From NCBI GenBank assembly GCA_963786445.1, contig CAWAZU010000037.1, positions 5,809-69,808 on the forward strand: a DNA stretch of 64,000 nucleotides. The letters are read 5' to 3'. The translations under genes and the position numbers were made by a program. Below are positions 47,809-56,647 of this stretch, piece after piece. The notes beneath the pieces are model-generated. The model was not told where the DNA came from. It saw nothing but the letters and a program-made list of their open reading frames with translations, and searched no databases. Each line of letters starts with the position of its first letter. Positions within the stretch are counted from its first letter, which is position 1. The DNA is from an uncultured Pseudomonadota bacterium (GTDB lineage: Bacteria; Pseudomonadota; Alphaproteobacteria; Acetobacterales; Acetobacteraceae).

Positions 47809-48733
47809 CCCGGAGCGCAGCATGGAACCGGCGCGCGACTTCGTCGGCTACGGGCGGCATCCGCCAAGGGTGGAGTGGCCGGACGGGGCGCGGGTCGCGC
47901 TCAGCCTCGTGCTGAACTACGAGGAGGGCAGCGAGCGTTCGTTCTGGGCCGGCGACGCCCGCAACGAGGGGCTCGGCGAGGTGCCACGCGCCGTCGATCC
48001 ATCGTACCGCGACCTCGCGACGGAATCGGTCTACGAGTACGGCAGCCGCGCCGGCGTCCAGCGCCTGCTGCGGCTGTTCGACCGTTGCCGGGTCCGCTGC
48101 ACCCTGTTCGCCGCAGCGGTCGCGCTGGAGGTCAATCCCGAAATCGCCGCCTGGGCGCGCGAGTCCGGCCACGAGGTCTGCGGCCACGGCTATCGCTGGA
48201 GCGAGGACTGGACGGTCTCGCGCGAGGAGGAAGCCGAGCGCATCCGCCTTGCCGTCGCCTCGATCGCGGCCACTGTCGGCCAGCGTCCGGTCGGCTGGTA
48301 CAACCGCTGGATGCCGAGCCGGCACACGCGGGCGCTGCTGGTCGAAGAGGGCGGGTTTCTCTATGACTCGAACGCCTACAACGACGACCTGCCCTACTAC
48401 GTGACGGTCTGCGGCAAGCCGCATCTCGTGGTGCCGTACACGCTCACCTACAACGACAGTCACTACACGTACGGCCATTTCGGCGGGCCGGACGATTTCC
48501 TCGCCTATTGCAGGCGCGGCCTCGACTATCTGTGGGAGGAAGGGGCGGACGTGCCGCGGATGATGTCGATCGGCCTGCATCCGCGCCTGACCGGGCAGGC
48601 CGCCCGCGCCAGCGCGCTGCGCGATTTCATCGAATACGCGCTGGCCAAGGACCGGGTATGGATCGCCACGCGCGCTGAAATCGCCTCCTGGTGGCGCTTG
48701 CGACAACCTCCGGCTGCAGGCGTCGCGCAGTAG
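47801..48733 (+). CDS. Polysaccharide-deacetylase-fold protein, PuuE allantoinase-like
   Basis: RDFVGYG..PP...WP.GARVALSLVLNYEEGSE...YEYGSRAGV.RLL... resembles PuuE. The start overlaps the upstream gene by 8 nt. Confidence 0.7.
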   Translation: MADPERSMEPARDFVGYGRHPPRVEWPDGARVALSLVLNYEEGSERSFWAGDARNEGLGEVPRAVDPSYRDLATESVYEYGSRAGVQRLLRLFDRCRVRCTLFAAAVALEVNPEIAAWARESGHEVCGHGYRWSEDWTVSREEEAERIRLAVASIAATVGQRPVGWYNRWMPSRHTRALLVEEGGFLYDSNAYNDDLPYYVTVCGKPHLVVPYTLTYNDSHYTYGHFGGPDDFLAYCRRGLDYLWEEGADVPRMMSIGLHPRLTGQAARASALRDFIEYALAKDRVWIATRAEIASWWRLRQPPAAGVAQ

Positions 48734-48750
48734 GCGGTTCCATCCGGCGG

Positions 48751-51700
48751 TTACCGGAAGCTTCTTGTCGGCACCCGGATGCCCTCGTGGCGCCCCATTG
48801 CTCCCGAAGCTTTCTGGCTGCCGCTCGGGCCGCCGCCTGCCTCGCGCGGATCAGGCCCATTCTGGTGCGTGACGCCATCGCCGCGACCATGCGGCACCGG
48901 AAACGGTTGCTGTCGGTTCCCGACACTGCGGAGCAAATCCGACAAGTCCTCGACCTGCTCCGCCACCACGTGAATGACGTCGCCCTCGCGCTGCACGCGG
49001 CCCCGGCACGCGAGCATGCTGGCGGAGAGGACGATCCGGCGCTGCCGCTCGAACAGGCTTGACCACACGACCAGATTGGCGATGCCGGTCTCGTCCTCGA
49101 GGGTGATGAAGATGACACCGGTCGCCGTGCCGGGACGCTGCCGCACCAGCACCAGGCCCGCCACGGTAACGCGCTGACCGTCGCGGCTGGCCAACAGATC
49201 GGCACAAGGGAGGATGCCGCGCGGCCGCAACTCGCCCCGCAAGAACGTCACCGGGTGCTGACGCAGCGTCAGGCCGACGCTGGCATAATCCTCCACCACA
49301 TTGCGCCCGGCGGGCATCGGCACGAGCGGCACCGGAGGTTCGACGATCTCCGGCTGCGGGGCGCGTCCCTTGTCGGCCGCGGCGAACAGCGGCAGCACTT
49401 CAGTTCGCAGGCCGCGGATGGCCCACAACGCCGCACGCCGCTCCAGGCCGAGACCCTGGAATGCATCCGCTTCGGCGAGCCGTTCCAGGGCCGCCGGCGG
49501 GACACGTGTTCGTCGCAACAGTTCATCGACCGAGGCATAGGCGTGGTCGCCGCGTGCAGCGACGATCTCCGCGGCATGCGCATTCGACAGACCTTTGATC
49601 ATGCGCAGGCCAAGACGCACCGCGGAAAAGCGGCCCGCCGCCGGCTCCAGCGTGCAGTCCCAGCGACTGTGGTTGACGCAGACCGGCCGGACCTCGACAC
49701 CATGCTCGCGGGCATCGCGCACGATCTGCGCCGGCGCATAGAACCCCATCGGCTGCGCGTTCAGCAGCGCGCAGCAGAAAACGTCCGGATGGTGGCATTT
49801 CATCCACGAACTCGCGTAGGCGATCAGCGCGAAACTCGCTGCATGGCTCTCAGGAAAACCATAGGAACCAAAGCCCTCGATCTGCGAGACGGTCTGCTCC
49901 GCGAACTCGCGCGTGTAGTGACGCTCGACCATGCCGCTGATCAGCTTCTCCTTGAAGTGCGCAATGCCGCCGGTGACCTTGAACGTCGCCATCGAGCGCC
50001 GCAGCTGATCGGCCTCGCTCGGCGTGAAGCCGGCGCAGACGATGGCCACCTGCATCGCCTGCTCCTGAAACAGCGGCACGCCCAGCGTCTTGCCGAGCAC
50101 CCGTTCCAGTTCCGCCGTCGGAAAGTTCGGCTTCTCCTTGCCTTCGCGCCGGCGGAGATAGGGATGCACCATGTCGCCCTGGATCGGACCAGGGCGGATG
50201 ATCGCAACCTCGATGACCAGATCGTAGAAGGTGCGCGGCTGCAACCGGGGCAGCATCGCCATCTGCGCCCGGCTCTCGATCTGGAACACGCCGATCGTGT
50301 CGGCCTTGCGGATCATGGCGTAGGTGGCGGGATCCTCCGTGGGCACGCTCGCCAGATCGAGCCGCTCGCCGCGATGCTCCTCCAGCAGATCGAAGGCACG
50401 ACGCATGCAGCCGAGCATGCCGAGCCCGAGCACATCCACCTTCATCCAGCGCAGGATGTCGATGTCGTCCTTGTCCCACTCGATGACCTGCCGGTCCTGC
50501 ATCGCCGCCGGCTCGATCGGCACCAGCTCGTCGAGCCGGTCGCTTGTCAGCACGAACCCGCCCGGATGCTGGCTGAGATGCCGGGGAAAGCCGATCAGTT
50601 CGCGGGCCAATTCGAGCGTCAGGCGGAGGCGCCGGTCCTGCAGGTTGAGGTTGAGCTCGGCCGCGCGCTCCTCGGTCACGCCGTCTTCCGACCATTCCCA
50701 GAGCTGCGAGGCGAGCGCGCTGGTCACGTCCTCGGTCAGGCCCATCACCTTGCCGACCTCGCGCACGGCGCCGCGGGCGCGGTAGCGGATCACGGTGGCG
50801 CAAATGGCGGCCCGGTCGCGGCCATAGCGCTCGTAGACCCATTGGATGACCTCTTCGCGTCGCTCGTGTTCGAAATCCACGTCGATGTCGGGAGGCTCCT
50901 TGCGCTCGGCCGAGACGAAGCGCTCGAACAGCAGGCCCGATCGCACCGGGTCGATGCTGGTGATGCCGAGCACGTAGCAGACGGCACTGTTCGCCGCGCT
51001 GCCGCGTCCCTGGCAAAGAATGCCCTTGGATCGCGCAAAGCGGACGATGCTGTTCACCGTGAGGAAATATGGCGCATAGCTGAGGTCCGCGATCAGCCGC
51101 AGCTCATGCTGCAACTGCCGCTCCACGCCCTCCGGCAACCCTGCGGGATAGCGCTGCGGCGCGCGCTCGCGGACCAGCTTTTCCAACGTCTGCTGTGGCG
51201 TCAGCGCCGGATCCTGAACTTCGTCGGGATACTGGTAGCGAAGATCGGTCAGGGAGAACCGGCACCGTTCGACGATCTCCCGCGGGCGGGCGACGGCCTC
51301 GGGATGACGTGCGAAAAGCCGCGCCATTTCGTCGGGGGATTTCAGGCATCGATCCACGGTGCGCTCGCGCCGGAAGCCCGCCTGCTCGATCGTGCAGCCC
51401 TCGCGGATGCAGCTGACCACATCCTGCAGGATGCGTCGTTCCGGCACGTGATAGAGCACGTCCCCGGTCGCGACCGTCGGCACACGCGCAACCTGCGCCA
51501 TGTCGGCCAGCATGCGCAGCCGTCCCGCGTCGCCCGGCCGGCGGCGCAGCGTCAGCGCGAGATAGCCCCGGTCGGGAAAACCCGTCCGCAGAGCTGCGAG
51601 GCTATCCGCGAGCGCGGCATCCGGGGCGTCCGGCAGAAGAACGACGAGCAGGCCGTCACCATACGCGACGAGGTCCTGCCAACCCAGTTCGCAGGCCCCC

Positions 51701-52005
51701 TTCCCTGCCCGCCCCTTGCCGAGCGTCAGCAGGCGACAGAGCCGTGCGTACGCAGCCCGGTCGGTCGGATAGACGAGGACCGGCAGACTGTCGCGCAGAT
51801 CCAGCCGGCAACCGACCACGAGCCGGACGCCGGCTTCCTCGGCGCGCTGATGCGCCCGCGCCATGCCGGCCAGCGTGTTGCGGTCGGTGATGCCGATCGC
51901 CGGCAGACCAAGCAGGCGGGCCTGCGCGAACAACTCCTCGATATGCGATGCGCCGCGCAGGAAGGAGTAGTTCGAGGTGACCTGCAGTTCCGCGTAGCCG
52001 GTCAC
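48751..52005 (-). CDS. dnaE2: Error-prone DNA polymerase III alpha-like subunit DnaE2 (ImuC)
   Basis: 1084 aa. [25 protein letters not shown] and pol III alpha core motifs, and an OB-fold C-terminus. It follows imuA and imuB. Confidence 0.9.
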   Translation of the reverse strand: MTGYAELQVTSNYSFLRGASHIEELFAQARLLGLPAIGITDRNTLAGMARAHQRAEEAGVRLVVGCRLDLRDSLPVLVYPTDRAAYARLCRLLTLGKGRAGKGACELGWQDLVAYGDGLLVVLLPDAPDAALADSLAALRTGFPDRGYLALTLRRRPGDAGRLRMLADMAQVARVPTVATGDVLYHVPERRILQDVVSCIREGCTIEQAGFRRERTVDRCLKSPDEMARLFARHPEAVARPREIVERCRFSLTDLRYQYPDEVQDPALTPQQTLEKLVRERAPQRYPAGLPEGVERQLQHELRLIADLSYAPYFLTVNSIVRFARSKGILCQGRGSAANSAVCYVLGITSIDPVRSGLLFERFVSAERKEPPDIDVDFEHERREEVIQWVYERYGRDRAAICATVIRYRARGAVREVGKVMGLTEDVTSALASQLWEWSEDGVTEERAAELNLNLQDRRLRLTLELARELIGFPRHLSQHPGGFVLTSDRLDELVPIEPAAMQDRQVIEWDKDDIDILRWMKVDVLGLGMLGCMRRAFDLLEEHRGERLDLASVPTEDPATYAMIRKADTIGVFQIESRAQMAMLPRLQPRTFYDLVIEVAIIRPGPIQGDMVHPYLRRREGKEKPNFPTAELERVLGKTLGVPLFQEQAMQVAIVCAGFTPSEADQLRRSMATFKVTGGIAHFKEKLISGMVERHYTREFAEQTVSQIEGFGSYGFPESHAASFALIAYASSWMKCHHPDVFCCALLNAQPMGFYAPAQIVRDAREHGVEVRPVCVNHSRWDCTLEPAAGRFSAVRLGLRMIKGLSNAHAAEIVAARGDHAYASVDELLRRTRVPPAALERLAEADAFQGLGLERRAALWAIRGLRTEVLPLFAAADKGRAPQPEIVEPPVPLVPMPAGRNVVEDYASVGLTLRQHPVTFLRGELRPRGILPCADLLASRDGQRVTVAGLVLVRQRPGTATGVIFITLEDETGIANLVVWSSLFERQRRIVLSASMLACRGRVQREGDVIHVVAEQVEDLSDLLRSVGNRQQPFPVPHGRGDGVTHQNGPDPREAGGGPSGSQKASGAMGRHEGIRVPTRSFR

Positions 52006-52250
52006 GGCTTGTCCGGCTCCCGGTCGGCCGCCCTCGTGTGGCGGCTCGCGCTCGGCGCCGCGGCATCCGGCTCCTTCATCAGCCGGAAGCCGCAGCGCTG
52101 CAGATGCTCAACGAGGTGCGCGGCCGTGATCTGCGCCATCAGGCTGCTCGATTGCGGGAACGGTCTGCGACCGTCGAACCGCAGGGCGAACGACAGCGCT
52201 TCGGCGATCTCCTCAGGTGTGGCGGCACGAAGTTCGAAGCGGTCGGCCAT
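52002..52250 (-). CDS. Small hypothetical ORF between imuB and dnaE2
   Basis: 82 aa. It starts 18 nt after the imuB stop, and its TGA overlaps the dnaE2 GTG (GTGA), which suggests translational coupling. I recognise no family. Confidence 0.4.
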   Translation of the reverse strand: MADRFELRAATPEEIAEALSFALRFDGRRPFPQSSSLMAQITAAHLVEHLQRCGFRLMKEPDAAAPSASRHTRAADREPDKP

Positions 52251-52268
52251 GGATCACCGTGAGGGAAC

Positions 52269-53793
52269 TCAGAAAAATCCGTGCAGGAACCAGCGAAGGT
52301 CGCCGGTCGCGGGATCGACGGCGTCACCGCTGCGGTAGAGCCAGAACCGGCGGCCTGCCTCGTCCTCGACCTGCCAATAGTCGCGGGTTGCGCTGCGCTC
52401 GCGATCGGTCGCCCACCACTCTCCGGCGATGCGCTCGGGTCCATCCGCCCGCCTGATCCGGTGCCGCCTGCGGCGCCAGATGAACTGTGCCGGCGGGTGG
52501 TCGGGCAGCATCGCCAGGGCCTCAACCGGCTGCGGCGGCTTCAGCAGGCGGGCGGGCCGCGGCAGAGCGGCGGGCCAGGCGGTTTTGGTCGGCGGGGTCA
52601 GCGGCCCGATGCGGCGCACGCTGCGCTCCGGCACATCGCTCTCGACCGGTGCGGCACGGTAGACCCGCCGGGCACCCAGCCTGTTCACCAACCGGTCGAC
52701 CAGCACCGACACGTCAGGGCCGGTGTTCTCGCCTGCGATGAGACCCGCCCGCGGCTGTTCGAAGGTCAGCTTCTCGGTCAGTGGCGCCGCCAGATGCATG
52801 GCCTCGATGCCAAGCCCGGGATCGACCCGTTCGAGCTGCTCGTCCAGCAGCCTGGCCAGGTGGTCGGGCCGGTGGCTCGGGCGGGCGGTGCCGACACGGA
52901 TCAGCTGCTCGCGTGCGGTCGACGCGCTCGAAGGTCAGATCGAGCCGCCGCGCCCCCTGGCCGCGGCGTTCGAGCTCGGCACACACCATGCCGGACAGAC
53001 GGGCGATCACGCCGGACAGGGCCTCCGGCGTCAGCAAAGGCTCGGGGAATGCCAGCCGACCGGCCACCATATCCGGGGGCGAGATCGGGTCGATGGGCTC
53101 GCGGAGGCGGCCCAGCGCCTGATCGAGACGGCGAACGAGCTCCGGGCCGAACCGCAGGGTGAGCGGCGCCCGCGGCGCCGCCAGAAGCTGGTCGAGGCGT
53201 TCGAAGCCGAGCCGTACAAGACCCGCAATCGTCTCATCTGGCAGCCGCAGGGCGGCGATCGGCAACGGGCGGAGCGCGGCTGCCATCTCGCCGGCCGGCA
53301 CCACGGTCACGGCGGCCTCCGCGTATCGCGCGACCGCCCAGGCGGTGCCCGCCGTGTCAGCGATCGCGACCCGGGACGCGACGCCGGCCCGCGCGAGGCG
53401 CTCGACGAGATCCGCGAGCATCCCGGCCTCGCCACCGAACAGGTGTGCGCACCCCGTGGCGTCGATCCAGACGCCATCAGGCCGATCGGGCGCCGTGAGC
53501 GGTGCATAGCGCAGGCACCATGCGGCCAGCTCGTCGAGCGCCCGTGCATCGCCCTCCGGCTCCGCCATCACCACGGTCAGGCCCGGCACCACAGCCTGGG
53601 CCTGTGCGAGCGGCATGCCCGCAAACAGGCCCAAGGATCGGGCGACCCGGTCCGCGGCAGCCACAATCTGGCGGCGGCCGTCGCGGGCGGCAGTGACCAA
53701 TGGCCTATCCGCCGGCGGCACGACGGCGTTCGGGGGGCGCCGCAACCGGTCGGTCGGCCAGGTCGGCAGGAAGACCGAGATGACCCGTCGCAT
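52269..53793 (-). pseudogene. imuB: ImuB (Y-family polymerase-like) with one frameshift near 52915
   Basis: The N-terminal 290 aa (MRRVISVFLPTWPTDRL...) and the C-terminal 175 aa (...HLAAPLTEKLTFEQ...WFLHGFF) are in different frames. Read-through of the downstream frame gives continuous EQLIRVGTARPSHRPDHLARLL. Confidence 0.8.
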
Positions 53794-54487
53794 CGCTTGC
53801 CTCCACGATCCAGGATGCCGGTTCGCCGCCGCGGCAGCGCACCAGGTCGAGCCGCCAGCGCGGCCGTGCCAGGCCGGGCGTTGCGGGGGAATGCGCCAGC
53901 AGAGGCGGCGAAGGCAGGGCCGTGACGCGCCATCGGGTCACGGCGGCCGTCGGCTCGCCGACCAGCGCGTCGTCATGGCTGCGGCTGCGCCTGAGTGCGA
54001 AGCAGGTCACGCCGGACTGCTCCGCCGCCAATTGCAGGCGGCGCGATGCGGTCAGCGTCAGTCGGCCCGACAGCTCGCCCACCACGCCCGCCAGCCCGGC
54101 ATGGCGCAGGCCCTCCTCCATGGTCAGGAGGACGGTCCTGGACTTGCCCGCCTCCGCGTAGATGACGCGATCCGGATGCAGCCCGACGGCATCGAGCGCC
54201 GGCGCGAACAGATCCGGCCGCTCCAACACCCACAGGGCCTGGCCGGGCAGCCTTGCCAGGACGCCGGCGGTCAGCAGCGCCGCGGCGGCGCCGTGCTCGA
54301 TGTCCGGTCCGCCCCCCGCCACCTCATGCAAGGCGCCGAGAGCCAGGCCGCCGCCGGGCAGCCGGGCATCGACGGCCGGAATCCCGAACGGGAGGCTCGC
54401 GATGCCAGCCCTTGCCGGTCGCCCGACAGGGGCGATGCTGGCCTTCAACGCGGCCAAACGGGCTGCTGTCGTGTTACCTTGTTCCAC
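53705..54487 (-). CDS. imuA: ImuA (RecA-fold SOS mutagenesis protein)
   Basis: 260 aa. LPFGIPAVDARLPGGGLALGALHEV... is typical of ImuA. It is the first gene of the cassette, and its 3' end overlaps the imuB start region. Confidence 0.8.
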   Translation of the reverse strand: MEQGNTTAARLAALKASIAPVGRPARAGIASLPFGIPAVDARLPGGGLALGALHEVAGGGPDIEHGAAAALLTAGVLARLPGQALWVLERPDLFAPALDAVGLHPDRVIYAEAGKSRTVLLTMEEGLRHAGLAGVVGELSGRLTLTASRRLQLAAEQSGVTCFALRRSRSHDDALVGEPTAAVTRWRVTALPSPPLLAHSPATPGLARPRWRLDLVRCRGGEPASWIVEASDATGHLGLPADLADRPVAAPPERRRAAGG

Positions 54488-54519
54488 CGTGCCCCTCGCA
54501 CCACCTCGCGAAGAGCCGA

Positions 54520-54534
54520 GAACATATAGAGAAC
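54520..54534 (-). promoter_or_regulatory. Alphaproteobacterial-type LexA (SOS) box GTTC-N7-GTTC
   Basis: The forward strand reads GAACATATAGAGAAC. It lies 33-47 nt upstream of the imuA start at 54487. Confidence 0.75.
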
Positions 54535-54671
54535 CCCTGCCCCGAGTCGAGTCCTCTTCAGCCTCGGCAGTGACGCAGTTTCAACGCGAGCGACCGCAAA
54601 ACGCCTGCCCCCATCGCAGGCTAGTATGTTTCTATGTCGGAACATTTTAGGCGTGCGGGGGCGCCGCGCGG

Positions 54672-55229
54672 TCAGGCGGGAACGGGCGGGATGCCGGGGA
54701 CGGGCGGGGAGAGGATGCGGGGCCGCGCGCGCGGCGGCGGCCGGGGACGGCAGGCGGGACGGGACGGGGCCGCCGGCCGGACCGGCGGCGGCGGGCGCTG
54801 CGCGGGCGGCGGCGGGCGGACGCCCAGCATTTGGCAGAGCGGGCGGAGCAGCCGCCCGGCCTGGGGGGCTGCGGCGAGCAGGTCGGCCATCGCCGGATCG
54901 GCGAGCAGGTGCTGCAACTGCGAGGCCGCGGACGGCGGCCTGCGGCAGCCGGCGCACGAGCCAGGCGACGCCGCGCGGCAGCCGCAGCGGCGGGGGCCGG
55001 GCCGGGCGGGGAGAGCGGAGGCGGCGGCGCGGCGGCGGCAGCGTGCCGGCGCGGACTTTTGCCGCGAGGCGGGCGAACCGCTCCGCGGTGCGGCGCAGCC
55101 GCGACCAGAGCAGCAGCATCAGCGGCACGGCGAGCCAGGCCCGGCGCCGCGCGCGGCGATGGCGCGGCGCAGGCCCTCGACCAGACGGGCAAAACGGTCG
55201 GCCAGGGCGGGGGAAGCGGCGGGTGGCAT
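54672..55229 (-). pseudogene. Pro/Arg/Ala-rich conserved-looking hypothetical, apparently split over three frame segments
   Basis: Collinear pieces are MPPAASPALADRFARLVEGLRRAIAARG / PLMLLLWSRLRRTAERFARLAAKVRAG...VAWLVRRLPQAA / QLQHLLADPAMADLLAAAPQAGRLLRPLCQMLG, in frames 2, 0 and 2. Extreme GC makes this call weak. Confidence 0.3.
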
Positions 55230-55341
55230 GGCAGCGATACTAACACGACCCCCGGCGGGCTGGGCAAGCCAGCGCCGGATCGTGCTCGGCGCAAAGCTGG
55301 CGCCGCAGCAAGTCCGCCAACTCGGCCACACGGCCCACTGA

Positions 55342-55393
55342 GTAGATTCCGAAACCCTCCGCGCGCCGCCTTGCGTAGATTCCGAACCTCCTC
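55342..55393 (+). repeat. Two direct copies of GTAGATTCCGAA(N)CC(T)CC, with a third related copy at 58699-58718
   Basis: 55342 GTAGATTCCGAAACCCTCC; 55375 GTAGATTCCGAACCTCCTC; 58699 GTAGAATCCGAGCCTTCCCC. All are on the plus strand. Confidence 0.5.
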
Positions 55394-55666
55394 ACAGATG
55401 ATGATGTCGATATTATTCGGCCTGACGTCGTTGCCCGAAGCCTCAAGATAAAACAACGGCGGCAGGCGCTCAAACGTCTTGATTGCGTAAGACGACCAGA
55501 TAACGGTCAGATATGTTACAGTACAATAAAGGGTACATCAATGCAATCACGTGCAGGTTCCTCCGCTTGCCCGGCCATCTTGCGTTTGTTGTCTGCCGCT
55601 TCGGGACATCGTAGAGCACAAGATCGGCCGACTGTCCGCGCCGCTGCACCAACTCGAAAGCATGCT

Positions 55667-56527
55667 GTGGTGCGCTCCGGTACCCAATTTGCGCTGGCCA
55701 TCGGTTTTGCCATCGCAGGTTACGGCAGCGCAAGGGCGGACCCAATAACATTTACATGGGATCCGTCGGCCATTGGTCTTACCACCTCGCCAGCAAACTC
55801 GCAGATTGTGGCCGACAACTTCAACGTGTCCGATTTTTTTGACGTGACTGTGGCCAGCAACGGCGCCTTTACCGAGAGTTCCGCACTGACGGCCTTGCAG
55901 TTCCTGAACGGCGGCAATCCTGTCGCGCTGAACGGTCTGCAATCCACCTACAGCTTCTACGTCACCTTCTCCTCCACCGGCATGCAGGCTCCAGTACCCG
56001 CGCTGGGCTCGGGGCTCTCATCGCCCGGGGCGTTCACCACCGGCAACTACACCTTCTGGGCCAATCCCAACAGCCAACCCGTCGTGACACCCGTCCCCGG
56101 CGGCGCGCCGGTCATCAGCGGCAATGCGGGCGCGATCCCGCTGTTCAGCGGAACGCTTGTCAATGGAACGAGCACACTGACCGCGCCCGCCGGCGGCGGC
56201 TATTCGCCCACCGCCAATCTGGATTTGACGCTGACCGCCTGCTCGGCGGCGGGACAGCCTCTGGCGACCGGCGGCACCTGCACCGGCAATGAGACCGCCT
56301 TCTTCGTCAATCCGCCGCCGGCCGCCTTCAACCTTGCCGTCAGCAACTTCAGCGCCACCCCCTCGGTCACCACGCTCGCGGCGGGATCTTCGACCTTCCT
56401 CGATGTCGATGGCGGCGGCGGCAACGTGACCTTTGCCAGTGATATTCCGGAGCCGGCCTCATTGGTGGTCCTGGGTTCCGGCCTGATCGGGCTGGGAATG
56501 GTGCGCCGCCGCCGAATCAATGGCTGA
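55667..56527 (+). CDS. PEP-CTERM sorting-domain exported protein
   Basis: The C-terminus IPEPASLVVLGSGLIGLGMVRRRR is PEP + TM helix + Arg cluster. Signal-like FALAIGFAIAGYGSARA. The GTG start was chosen by signal position, and the ORF is open from 55541. Confidence 0.75.
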   Translation: MVRSGTQFALAIGFAIAGYGSARADPITFTWDPSAIGLTTSPANSQIVADNFNVSDFFDVTVASNGAFTESSALTALQFLNGGNPVALNGLQSTYSFYVTFSSTGMQAPVPALGSGLSSPGAFTTGNYTFWANPNSQPVVTPVPGGAPVISGNAGAIPLFSGTLVNGTSTLTAPAGGGYSPTANLDLTLTACSAAGQPLATGGTCTGNETAFFVNPPPAAFNLAVSNFSATPSVTTLAAGSSTFLDVDGGGGNVTFASDIPEPASLVVLGSGLIGLGMVRRRRING

Positions 56528-56647
56528 CATCGCTGGGCGCCAGCGGTTGACAGGTGGCGACGACCGGACATCGCCGCGTGTGTTTGTGAGACAGACAAGC
56601 CACGGGCCGACGGGAACTCCCCCGAATGTCCGGCAAAAGTCGCCGGC

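Noticed and set aside
49255-52338. 1027-aa plus-strand ORF opposite dnaE2. Similar long antisense ORFs lie at 17687-19981, 16818-18800, 56459-58354, 5146-6954, 37038-38726, 10490-12229 and 47570-48706
   Set aside because: Each lies opposite a gene with clear family motifs and encodes Arg/Ala/Gly/Pro-rich sequence without recognisable domains. I treat them as compositional artefacts, not overlapping genes.
54626-55451. Plus-strand Gly/Arg/Ala-rich ORFs (54626-55243, 54634-55341, 54831-55451)
   Set aside because: They are mutually overlapping and purely low-complexity, in a stretch where all six frames are open because of extreme GC. There are no motifs and no RBS.
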